A program made the translations under genes and the position numbers. From NCBI GenBank assembly GCA_016186175.1, contig JACPMB010000015.1:1116-65115 (forward strand): a stretch of 64,000 nt of DNA, in the 5' to 3' direction. Numbering within the stretch: the stretch's first letter is position 1; the number at the start of each line of letters is the position of its first letter. Positions 1 to 7,955 of the stretch are shown in pieces. This DNA is from Candidatus Peregrinibacteria bacterium. GTDB taxonomy: Bacteria > Patescibacteriota > Gracilibacteria > Peribacterales > Peribacteraceae. The notes under the pieces were generated by a model. That model saw nothing but the letters and a program-made list of their open reading frames with translations, ran no database searches and had not been told where the DNA came from.

Positions 1-1311
1 CGGTCCCTGGGATAAACGGCAACAGAAAAAGGGCGACATGACGAAGTGACTCCGCCAAGCGGCTGAGCGTGGCGAAGCGGAAACCAGTCCGAACGCCTGC
101 TGGATCCCGGCATTCAGATCAAACGCATCCATTTTTCCGGCAAAAGCCTTCCATTCTTCGGAAGTGCGCGAGACATCTTTGGAACCCTCCGGAATTTTGA
201 CATATCCTCCCTCCTTTTTCAGAAGCACCAGGACGCGATTGAGCAGGTTGCCCAGTTGATTTCGCATCTTGGCGTCGTATAGCTCGCCGAAACGTTTCCA
301 GGAAAAATCGCCGTCGTTTCCAACAGGAATCTCGTGCGCAAGAAAGAACCGCAGAGCATCCACGCCGTACTTTGAAATCACGTCGTCCGGCGCCACTACG
401 TTGCCGGTCGTTTTGCTCATCTTCTCTCCTTCGCTCGTCAGGAAACCATGAATCAGCAGTCTGTCCGGCGGACGGACATTCGCGTTCTTAAGCATCGCCG
501 GCCAGATTAGCGCGTGGAAACGCGCGATATCCTTACCGATCACATGCGTCACTTCTCCTTCGTTCCACCACTGCGCATTTTCATGATCCGTGAAGAATCC
601 CAGTCCCGATATGTAATTTGTCAGCGCGTCGCACCATACGTACATCGTTTGATCCTCGTCTCCGGGAACCGGAACGCCCCATGAAAGAGAGCTTTTCGGA
701 CGCGAAAAGGAGACGTCTGCCAGTCCGCTTTCAAGCAGCATCAGCGTCTCTTTCGCGCGGAATTCCGGAATTATTAGGTATTCATTTTGCAAAAGATGCG
801 CAAGCCATCTTTGTTCCGCGCTTAGAAGAAAAAACCAGTTCTCCTCTTTCACTTCCTGAGGCGGTATTTTGTGGTCCGGACAGAGCCCGTTTGCCAAATC
901 CTTGACGGTGACGAACCGCTCGCATCCGGAACAGTAAAGACCGGCATAAGTGCGTTTTTGCAGCGCGCCGGCGTCCCGCAGTTTTTTCCAGAGTTCGATC
1001 ACCGTAGGCCAGTGCGCTTTTTTATCACTTGTACGAACGAAAACGTCGGCGGAGATTTGCAGCCGCGTGTAAAGATCCTGGAACAACGGCACGTTGCGAT
1101 CCACAAGCTCTTTCGGAGTCAGCTTCTCGCGATCCGCCGTCTGCTGAATTTTAACGCCATGTTCGTCGGCGCCGGTCTGGAAACGCACTTCGTCGCCACG
1201 CAACCGCATCCACCTTGCGCACGCATCGGCGAGAACTTTCTCCAGCACGTGCCCCATGTGCGGCGGTGCATTCGGATAATCAATGGCGGTCGTGATGTAT
1301 TGTCGGGACAC
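1..1311 (-). CDS. metG: Methionyl-tRNA synthetase (N-terminal ~435 codons; gene runs off the left edge)
   Basis: Minus-strand translation from GTG at 1311 gives ..SRQYITTAIDYPNAPPHMGHVLEKVLADACARW.. (class I HxGH motif), ..YCSGCERF..CPDH.. (knuckle) and ..LTSEGEKMSKTTGNVV.. (KMSKS). It is not in the ORF track because no stop lies in the window. The frame stops looking like MetRS in the last ~100 nt (see findings). Confidence 0.85.
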   Translation of the reverse strand, partial: MSRQYITTAIDYPNAPPHMGHVLEKVLADACARWMRLRGDEVRFQTGADEHGVKIQQTADREKLTPKELVDRNVPLFQDLYTRLQISADVFVRTSDKKAHWPTVIELWKKLRDAGALQKRTYAGLYCSGCERFVTVKDLANGLCPDHKIPPQEVKEENWFFLLSAEQRWLAHLLQNEYLIIPEFRAKETLMLLESGLADVSFSRPKSSLSWGVPVPGDEDQTMYVWCDALTNYISGLGFFTDHENAQWWNEGEVTHVIGKDIARFHALIWPAMLKNANVRPPDRLLIHGFLTSEGEKMSKTTGNVVAPDDVISKYGVDALRFFLAHEIPVGNDGDFSWKRFGELYDAKMRNQLGNLLNRVLVLLKKEGGYVKIPEGSKDVSRTSEEWKAFAGKMDAFDLNAGIQQAFGLVSASPRSAAWRSHFVMSPFFCCRLSQGP

Positions 1312-1360
1312 GGCTGTAGGATAGCGCGGACATGAAAATTCAGAAGCCGAACTGCGTTTG

Positions 1361-1528
1361 GGAACCTCTGCAAAATGATACGCATCACCAAAACATCACG
1401 ATGGCAAGGAACCTCTCAAAAATCGCCTCATGCGAGGAAGCAAGCCAAAATTTTGCGAGGCGTATCGGCATACGTTGAGCGAAATTTTGGCGCAGCTGAC
1501 GAAGCAGGAGGCATTTTTCAGAGGTTCC
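1361..1528 (+). repeat. 168-bp MITE-like palindromic element, copy A
   Basis: 165/168 nt identical to the reverse complement of 24072..24239. Termini are ggaacctctgcaaaatg / catttttcagaggttcc (17-nt inverted repeat, 1 mismatch). The interior has hairpin arms gccaaaattttgc / gcgaaattttggc. It is intergenic, between a pilin gene and the metG start. Confidence 0.85.
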
Positions 1529-1554
1529 TTTGTGCCATTTGCGCCTTTCCCGCC

Positions 1555-1941
1555 TTATCCTCCGGCCGCAAGCTGCACCATGCGCATCACGTACATCACG
1601 ATGCCGTCCGCTCCTATCGCGAGAATAAGGCCAAGACAGGAATACATCACGACCTTTTTAGCCTCGCCATGCGCGTTCTCGTCGGCCACCGTCATGATCA
1701 TGCGAACGCCGCCATACATTATCATAATGACCGCCACGCCGCCGATGAATCGCAGGATTATGTTTGTGAACATCAGCACTATGAAGGTAAGTCCCTGCGA
1801 TCCCAGGTCCGTGTGCGGAAAGATGCTCTTGAGATCCATCCACATATCGGCGATTCCCGGCGCGCCGGATCCCAACTGCTCCAGCGCCGTGGCGCCAGCG
1901 CGCGGCAGCAGGATGCCGTATAGAAGACGAATAAAAGCCAT
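1555..1941 (-). CDS. CPR-type T4SS pilin-like small membrane protein (TrbC/VirB2-like)
   Basis: 128-aa ORF with two hydrophobic helices flanking a short polar loop (..GGVRMIMTVADENAHGEAKKVVMYSCLGLILAIG..). It is paralogous to 1943-2545, 2551-2928 and 25305-25733. Confidence 0.6.
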   Translation of the reverse strand: MAFIRLLYGILLPRAGATALEQLGSGAPGIADMWMDLKSIFPHTDLGSQGLTFIVLMFTNIILRFIGGVAVIMIMYGGVRMIMTVADENAHGEAKKVVMYSCLGLILAIGADGIVMYVMRMVQLAAGG

Positions 1942-1942
1942 G

Positions 1943-2545
1943 CTATAGATTTAGGAAGAGGAACGCCTGAATGGCCGCCTTAGCCGCGTTTACGACAACT
2001 CCTCCGATTATCGCCCATTTTATCATCGCTCCGCCCTTCTTGAATTCGTCGGCGTTGCCCTGCGCCGTCACCATGCGCAATCCGGCAAGAATGATCACTA
2101 TGGCGAAACCTACATTGAAGAGCGTAAGTATGATCCGGATCATCGCCGCCATGACGGTCACGACGTTGCCGCCCTCGAAGCCGTAATTCTCCGTGGTGAC
2201 GAAGGCAACTATGGAAGCCGACATCAGCGCAAGTCCGAAGCCTCCGAACGCGTAGAGGATCGCCTTGCGCGCGTTTGTGATTTTGCCTTCGTCGCCGTAA
2301 CTCGTGCACATTTGCACTCCGGCGACCACTACGGCGATCATCGCTCCGCCGGCCGCAAGCTGCATCAGCAGCGTCGCAACAACCGGAAGCGCGTTCGTCA
2401 GGAGCACGTTGCTCGGCGGCGCACCGCATCCTGCAAGACCGTTGCAGACAAGCGGCGGATACTGCTCGACGGCAAGCGCCATTTCTGGCGCTGCGAGAAG
2501 CGCCGCAAGCAGGAATGCCAGAAATGCATTTACATGGCGCGCCAC
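1943..2545 (-). CDS. T4SS pilin-like membrane protein with two tandem pilin modules
   Basis: The ORF track extends to 2752, but the extra codons are Arg/Gly-rich and overlap the upstream gene. GTG at 2545 gives a signal-like start, (M)ARHVNAFLAFLLAALLAAPEMALA, 5 nt after the upstream stop. There are two modules: ..AGVQMCTSYGDEGKITNARKAILYAFGG.. and ..AGLRMVTAQGNADEFKKGGAMIKWAIIGG.. Confidence 0.6.
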   Translation of the reverse strand: MARHVNAFLAFLLAALLAAPEMALAVEQYPPLVCNGLAGCGAPPSNVLLTNALPVVATLLMQLAAGGAMIAVVVAGVQMCTSYGDEGKITNARKAILYAFGGFGLALMSASIVAFVTTENYGFEGGNVVTVMAAMIRIILTLFNVGFAIVIILAGLRMVTAQGNADEFKKGGAMIKWAIIGGVVVNAAKAAIQAFLFLNL

Positions 2546-2550
2546 GGATG

Positions 2551-2928
2551 TCAGAGAAGCCGGTAAAAAGTCGGATTCAGCAAATTCAGGATGACCGCGG
2601 ACGCCAGAATGATTATCAGTCCGCCGAGCGAAATTAGCAGCCGGTTTTTGCCGGCGCCGACCTTGGACGGATCGCTCCCCGCCATTATTATTTCTATGCC
2701 TCCGACTACTGCCATGAGCACCGCGATCGCGGCCGCCATGCCAACCACCCACGGATAGACCAGGTTGAAGTAGAATCCGAACACGCCAAGTCCCGCGTTG
2801 CCGGCAGTCGGAATGGTCCTCACGCCGCCAACGGGCTCCAGAAGCGTGATGCCCTGGTTCTGCGCGCTTGCGCGCCCGGCGGTCGAGCCAAGGAGGAAAA
2901 AAATCTGCGTAAGCGCATGCACAGACAT
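2551..2928 (-). CDS. CPR-type T4SS pilin-like small membrane protein
   Basis: 125 aa. Signal-like start MSVHALTQIFFLLGSTAGRASAQ, then ..VVGGIEIIMAGSDPSKVGAGKNRLLISLGGLIIILASAV.. (helix-loop-helix typical of this pilin family). Confidence 0.6.
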   Translation of the reverse strand: MSVHALTQIFFLLGSTAGRASAQNQGITLLEPVGGVRTIPTAGNAGLGVFGFYFNLVYPWVVGMAAAIAVLMAVVGGIEIIMAGSDPSKVGAGKNRLLISLGGLIIILASAVILNLLNPTFYRLL

Positions 2929-3200
2929 ATCACGTAATTATAGCGGATTTTGGCTTGGACTGCGAGAGATATTCATGAGGTAATGGAGCTCTGAGCTACA
3001 GAAAGTTAGAACCTTCCTTGAAGAAGGAAGCCTCCTCCGGCTGGCCTGAATTGAGCAAGATTCAGAGTGGCATAAATATCGCCTCTATTGCCACAGTTCA
3101 TTTTCACGGCTTGCTCATGCAGAAAAAGACGGAGGCTATCTTTGTGGCGCTCGTGTGGCGGTATGGAAGCCCTTTCATTAGCTCATTTTTACTGATATTA

Positions 3201-3228
3201 TGAGTTATAGAATCTTCCCTATAACTCA
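3201..3228. promoter_or_regulatory. Perfect 10-bp inverted repeat directly upstream of the fic start codon
   Basis: tgagttatag (3201-3210) / ctataactca (3219-3228) with an 8-nt spacer. The repeat ends 2 nt before ATG 3231. Confidence 0.5.
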
Positions 3229-3230
3229 CC

Positions 3231-4349
3231 ATGTCTTGGAACTGGCAGAAAAAACACTGGCCGAACTTCACGTATGATCCAGGGAAATTGGAACCCTTGG
3301 AACGGGAGTTTGCCCGGCTCCTCGGGACGGTCACGGGAACGATGAAGCATCTCAATCAGGGAGAAAACGATCAGATCGTTGTGCAGCTGCTCAGCACGGA
3401 GGGAGTTAAAACAGCAGAGATCGAAGGTGAGCTGCTCGATCGGGATAGCGTGCAGGCATCTATACGGCGCAAGCTGGGGCTCTCGACTGTCAGAAGGAAT
3501 GTGCAGCCCGCCGAAGCGGGCATAGCGGAGTTGATGGTGACGGTGTATCGGGATTACGCTGCACCGCTTACGAAACGCGAGATCGATACTTGGAACGCGG
3601 CGCTTTTGCAGGGCAGGACTGATCTGGAACGCATTGGCGGGTACCGAACGCACGAAGATCCAATGCAGATTGTGTCCGGTGCCTTGGGGAATGAGACCGT
3701 ACACTTCGAGGCACCACCGTCGAAGGATGTGCCGGAACACATGGCAGCTTTCATCCGATGGTTCAATGATTCCCTCAAAATGCTGCCGCCTCTTACGAGA
3801 GCGGGCATCGCTCACCTGTACTCCGTGTCCGTCCATCCGTATGAGGATGGCAATGGACGCATGGCGAGAGCTCTTGCCGAAAAAGCACTCTCTCAATCTA
3901 TCGAAACACCCGCGCTCAGTGGATTGTCTCGCGAGATTGTCGTCAAAAAAACGGGGTACTATGACGCGCTTGCGAGAAATAGTGAGGATCTGGAGATCAC
4001 CGATTGGCTTCTCTATTTTGGCAGGACACTCATTGCGGCAAAAGAACACGTACTTGCCTCTGTAGAGCGTGTTCTCCAAAAAGCGACAATCTACAGCAAG
4101 TTCGCCAAAGAATTGAATGAGCGCCAAAAGAAAGCAATCAATCGTCTATATGAAGCAGAACCAGAGGGCTTTGTTGGCGGACTCAGTGCTGGGAATTACA
4201 TCACCATCACGAAAGCCCCACGCGCGACTGCCACGCGTGATCTGCAGAAGTTGGTAGATCTCGGGATTCTTCGCAAGACTGGCGAAAGACGACATGCACG
4301 CTACTGGATGCCTGACATTGTGGGCGCTGCTTCGGATCGCAGATTGTGA
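3231..4349 (+). CDS. fic: Fic family protein (AMPylase-type Fic domain with N-terminal extension and C-terminal wHTH-like region)
   Basis: ..VHPYEDGNGRMARALAEK.. matches the Fic core motif HxFx(D/E)GNGRxxR. The N-terminus, MSWNWQKKHWPNFTYD.., resembles the DUF4172-type Fic N-terminal domain. Confidence 0.85.
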   Translation: MSWNWQKKHWPNFTYDPGKLEPLEREFARLLGTVTGTMKHLNQGENDQIVVQLLSTEGVKTAEIEGELLDRDSVQASIRRKLGLSTVRRNVQPAEAGIAELMVTVYRDYAAPLTKREIDTWNAALLQGRTDLERIGGYRTHEDPMQIVSGALGNETVHFEAPPSKDVPEHMAAFIRWFNDSLKMLPPLTRAGIAHLYSVSVHPYEDGNGRMARALAEKALSQSIETPALSGLSREIVVKKTGYYDALARNSEDLEITDWLLYFGRTLIAAKEHVLASVERVLQKATIYSKFAKELNERQKKAINRLYEAEPEGFVGGLSAGNYITITKAPRATATRDLQKLVDLGILRKTGERRHARYWMPDIVGAASDRRL

Positions 4350-4786
4350 AAGCGTAGTACGGTCCATGTCTGTAGCGTCTTGAGTGCAGTTCCCGATGCA
4401 GAGCGAAAATGTGGCGTTCGACCTCCTGCTAGAAATCCAGCACGTCGGGGCGTTTGTTCTTCCCTTTCCTGAACTCCTCCCAGGCCCGGAATAGGGGTTC
4501 TGGTTGGATGCGTCAAGGATTCAAGGAGTCTTAAGAAACTTGGGTACACACATCGTTACCACCTCAGAGACCAGCTCAGAGTCATCCTAAAAGGGGTAGG
4601 GGTACCGTGGAGGAAATCTCTTTCTCCCTTTCCCCGCTACCCTCATGGGACTCTATCACGCCATGCGCAGAGAGCACGGTCCTGACGCTGCCCGGGGCCT
4701 TGCTCGCAAGATTCTGCAGCAGAACAGCGGCAATGTGAGCAGAGCCGCGAGCATTCTTGAAGCTCCGCTATGTTCGTCATCGAGAC

Positions 4787-5866
4787 TTACGCGGTTCTCT
4801 TTCGTGCGGCCCGAACAGCTTCAAGAAGTGTCTGAAATCGAACACGTGAAGTGTCGCTTTCCGTCGTAACGACGGATTGCAGCATTGTCAGAGCAGTCTC
4901 ACCTTGACGTGGATGAAGCGCGAATCCGTGTTCTGCATCGGCAAAGCGGAAGGGAGTTTGTGGGTTTGCTTTGCGAAGTCTGTCGCGCAATTCCACACTG
5001 ATAGTGAAAATCATGTCTCCTTGCTCATTGGTGGTCACCGTAAGATCTATTTCGACCATACGTCGCGCATCTGCTTCTGCTGTACCACTAGCGACAAGAT
5101 CTTGTACGGCCACTTGCCGTAGATCAGTCTGGTACGCCAGTCGAATATCCGCAGAGTACGGCGGGGAGCGTCGAGGGGCATTCGGCTGATTGAGAGTCGT
5201 TCCCGCGACAGGCACGGCACCCGGAAGTGTCTGTGTTTTGCGGATAACCTCAGCTTGCGCACGATAGAAATCTGCTTGAGCCTTCTCGTTCTCGCTTTTC
5301 GCAGCCGCGCTCGCTATGCGGGAATCGCGGTCTCGTCTCTCTAAACGGTGCATCAGAAGAATGAAGAAGACGCCAACGGCAACCAGTGCTGCAATCTTTG
5401 CCTGTTCATTATTTGGGAGATTGCTCAGCGCTTTGAGAGTCTGCTCGAACTGCTTTCCAGTCAGCACTTTGTTCAATTCTTCCAGTTCTTTGTGAGTTTG
5501 CTCTTCAATTGTCTTTTTCGGGTCCTCAGGGAGAGGACCAAATGCTTCTGCCAACGTTCGCCAACCTTTCAGTTGAGCTTCTGTCAGGGTGATGCCTCGC
5601 GTGCCACTTCGCAGGTCAGTCATATTCACTCCAAGTTTCTGCGCCCCCTGCTCAAATTGCTTCAGGGTGGCAGCAAGTCCGGTATCGGTCTCTCCTTGCC
5701 CAAGAGCTAATCGCAACGGCGCAAGTTGCTGAGGCGTTACAACAACAGTCGTTTGACCGGCAGCGATACTGATGGAACGCTGGAGCAACAAAAGTTCCTG
5801 TTGGATATTTCGCCCTCGACGTTCGGAATCGTTTGGACGTGTGAGGGGCTCTAAAACTTCAGACAT
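4787..5866 (-). CDS. Hypothetical single-pass membrane protein
   Basis: 359-aa ORF with one central hydrophobic helix (IAALVAVGVFFILLMH). No family recognised. Convergent with fic. Confidence 0.55.
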   Translation of the reverse strand: MSEVLEPLTRPNDSERRGRNIQQELLLLQRSISIAAGQTTVVVTPQQLAPLRLALGQGETDTGLAATLKQFEQGAQKLGVNMTDLRSGTRGITLTEAQLKGWRTLAEAFGPLPEDPKKTIEEQTHKELEELNKVLTGKQFEQTLKALSNLPNNEQAKIAALVAVGVFFILLMHRLERRDRDSRIASAAAKSENEKAQADFYRAQAEVIRKTQTLPGAVPVAGTTLNQPNAPRRSPPYSADIRLAYQTDLRQVAVQDLVASGTAEADARRMVEIDLTVTTNEQGDMIFTISVELRDRLRKANPQTPFRFADAEHGFALHPRQGETALTMLQSVVTTESDTSRVRFQTLLEAVRAARKRTA

Positions 5867-6137
5867 ATATTTGTTTTGGAAATCTGACCATTGTAGCTTT
5901 TTCTCGGTGGTAATTCAAGCTGCAGTCTTGTCGGGGCTAGACCACAAGTGTGTTGGTTTTACGGGTAATCAGGGCAGAAAATTCTCGTTGCAGACATAAC
6001 ATGGGGGAAAAAGGCTGATACAAGCCCTGTTCTACCCTTTTTACCAACTCATTTCTGGTCTACTACGCGCCGATTGTTCCTCGGGCACGCGAAACCTCGG
6101 CGTAGCCCGTCGCCGAAGGCGCCGAGGCGAAGCCAGG

Positions 6138-6211
6138 TGGAGCGGGATACGGGAATCGAACCCGCATCTCAAGCTTGGGAAGCTCGCGTACTGCCACTGT
6201 ACTAATCCCGC
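6138..6211 (-). tRNA. tRNA-Gly (anticodon CCC), CCA encoded
   Basis: Reverse complement GCGGGATTAGTACAGTGGCAGTACGCGAGCTTCCCAAGCTTGAGATGCGGGTTCGATTCCCGTATCCCGCTCCA folds as a cloverleaf with anticodon loop TTCCCAA. Confidence 0.9.
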
Positions 6212-6300
6212 CCAAAAAATTCGTCCGAAAGATCGGGGCTCAGAATACAGCCAAGGGAAAGTAGAGCACGAGAGGAAAACCTGACGGTTTTCCTCTCGTT

Positions 6301-6348
6301 AAAAACAGCCGCGCTTCGCTCCAGTTTCGGCGAAGCCGAAACTGGAGC
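6301..6348 (-). terminator. Hairpin terminator whose stem includes the 3' GCTCCA of tRNA-Gly(GCC)
   Basis: Perfect 14-bp stem, gctccagtttcggc (6318-6331) / gccgaaactggagc (6335-6348), with loop gaa. On the minus strand a ..ctgttttt run follows a few nt downstream. Confidence 0.5.
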
Positions 6349-6419
6349 GCATGACGGGGCTCGAACCCGCGACCTTCGCCTTGGCAAGGCGACGCTCTAG
6401 CCAACTGAGCTACATGCGC
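6343..6419 (-). tRNA. tRNA-Gly (anticodon GCC), CCA encoded
   Basis: Reverse complement GCGCATGTAGCTCAGTTGGCTAGAGCGTCGCCTTGCCAAGGCGAAGGTCGCGGGTTCGAGCCCCGTCATGCGCTCCA, with anticodon loop TTGCCAA. Confidence 0.9.
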
Positions 6420-6669
6420 GTATCAGATGAACGAGGGAAGGATCGGCGCTCATGCTGCGCGAAGTTGCCAACTGCCTGCCCGCCGTAGCTCTGAGCGTAG
6501 CGAAGAGCGTAGGCGGGAGCTACATGCGCGTATCAGATGAACGAGGGAAGGATCGGCGCTCATGCTGCGCGAAGTTGCCAACTGCCTGCCCGCCGTAGCT
6601 CTGAGCGTAGCGAAGGAAGAGCGTAGGCGGGAGCTACATGCGCGTATCAGATGAACGAGGGAAGGATCG
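6407..6669. repeat. Tandem repeat, 110/114-bp unit, ~2.35 copies, each unit containing the first 13 nt of tRNA-Gly(GCC)
   Basis: Units start at 6407, 6517 and 6631 with gagctacatgcgcgtatcagatgaacgagggaaggatcg. Unit 2 carries a 4-nt insertion. Each full unit holds one GAGCGTAGCGA-loop hairpin. Confidence 0.9.
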
Positions 6670-6782
6670 TGGCGCCGGATGCGCGCGCCAACCGTGCGCC
6701 GGCCAGGAAATCCTACAATGTCGGAGAGCCGATGCAAGCCGTCAATTCCGGTCTGATGCACATTGCGCTATCCTTCCGTTCC

Positions 6783-7955
6783 ATGAAGCGCCGCGCGATC
6801 GTTATGGCAGCCGCTCTCGTAATTCTGCCGAACGTCTGTTTTGCCTCGCAATCGAAAGAGCCCTGGTACGCCAAAACCGTGTCGGCATTTTCCGAAGCCG
6901 CGTATATTGACGAACGAGGATTTTCGGCCGCCACAAAGGCGACTCGTGCGGAATTCGTGGAGCTCGTCTTGCGCCTTCTCGGCGGCAAAATACATCTTCC
7001 TTTCGGAGAGCCGGTTTTTGACGACATTGGAATCGGCAGCCCGTTTTTTGCGACATTCCAGGAATCCGCAAGAGGAAAATGGGTCCGCGGCGTCGGAGAC
7101 TGCGTCGGCAGTCGGCCATGCGTGGCGGCGCCGTTTTCACCTGTTAACCGCGCGGAGGCGGCGTCCCTGATTATTCGCGCGTTCGGCGTCGCAGCCGGAG
7201 CGGAAGCTCCGGCTTTCGCGGACAATCCTCCCGACCTGTGGTACTACGACGTGATCCGCGCCGCATCCAGCCGATGCATTCTGCAAGGGGACGACGGCCC
7301 AGGAAATAGCCGCGGGGGAGACCGGCACGTGCGGCCCGGGGATTCCATGAATCGCGCGGAAATGCTGGCGATGCTCCACAGAGCCATGCAAATTCTGGAT
7401 TATCCGGAATGCACTCCAAAAACCGCCATCCCTCTGCCCCGGGCGCAGAAGGAGTTCTCTATTGTGCAAATTCCGGCTGCAAGCGTTGCACCATCCTCAT
7501 TTTCGTCGGCATCAAGCGTCGCAATCGCGACGGCATCGTCTGCTTCGTTCTCGATCTCATCCAACACGTACCTTTCTCCTTCCGCAACTTTGCAGGTTCA
7601 ATCGTCGTCTTCCTACAACACGGCCACGCAAGCAAGCCCGCCGCAAAGCAGCGCACGGTCCGCGACGATTGAATCGGCCGCGTCCTTCGTTCAGGACCCG
7701 AGATACGGCGAGCTGCTCGGCCGTTTCCAGCAGTACATCACCGAATACTCCAACATGATTACGCGCGCCCGGTCGGCTGAAGGCGAAACCGCCGTGCGCC
7801 TGCTAATCGTATTGCGCTCCCAGATTGATCTTCTCAATCAGCTGTATCCATACGTCGAGCTCGCCAGAAGCAGGCTGCTCTCCGCAAGTGATGCGTCCGT
7901 GATCATGTCTCTGCAAAACAGGATCGAAACAGATTTCGCGCAGGCGCAGAGATAG
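6783..7955 (+). CDS. Secreted protein with SLH-like repeats, a Ser-rich linker and a helical C-terminus
   Basis: ATG at 6783 gives the signal peptide MKRRAIVMAAALVILPNVCFA. The ORF track start at 6651 lies inside the tandem repeat. SLH-like segments include ..FADNPPDLWYYDVIRAASSRCILQGD..MNRAEMLAMLHRAM.. and ..ATRAEFVELVLRLLG.. Confidence 0.65.
   Translation: MKRRAIVMAAALVILPNVCFASQSKEPWYAKTVSAFSEAAYIDERGFSAATKATRAEFVELVLRLLGGKIHLPFGEPVFDDIGIGSPFFATFQESARGKWVRGVGDCVGSRPCVAAPFSPVNRAEAASLIIRAFGVAAGAEAPAFADNPPDLWYYDVIRAASSRCILQGDDGPGNSRGGDRHVRPGDSMNRAEMLAMLHRAMQILDYPECTPKTAIPLPRAQKEFSIVQIPAASVAPSSFSSASSVAIATASSASFSISSNTYLSPSATLQVQSSSSYNTATQASPPQSSARSATIESAASFVQDPRYGELLGRFQQYITEYSNMITRARSAEGETAVRLLIVLRSQIDLLNQLYPYVELARSRLLSASDASVIMSLQNRIETDFAQAQR

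Noticed and set aside
1375-1948. ORFs beginning MIRITKTSRW.. (also 23956-24225 on the minus strand) and the overlapping + strand ORFs at 1430-1948
   Set aside because: The shared N-terminal part is simply the 168-bp palindromic element read as protein. Both copies are intergenic, and conservation is at the nucleotide and structure level. The remainder is antisense to a pilin-like gene.
2984-2989. Left-hand duplicate of the tRNA-Gly(CCC) 3' end that would delimit the Fic segment as an island
   Set aside because: Only a 6-nt match (tggagc) is present, which is indistinguishable from chance.
4645-4869. 74-aa ORF with ..ARKILQQNSGNVSRAASIL.. resembling a Fis-type HTH
   Set aside because: Only the first helix region is recognisable. 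The expected ..LGISRxTLYRK.. continuation is absent in all frames, and the 3' end overlaps the convergent 359-aa gene. It is at best a gene remnant, so it is mentioned under the Fic segment finding rather than annotated.
6407-6669. Possible CRISPR array (regular repeats); the same question was asked of 21682-21985
   Set aside because: The units are directly abutting 108-114-bp tandem repeats with no unique spacers, and there are no cas genes in the window. The second array is in-frame coding sequence.
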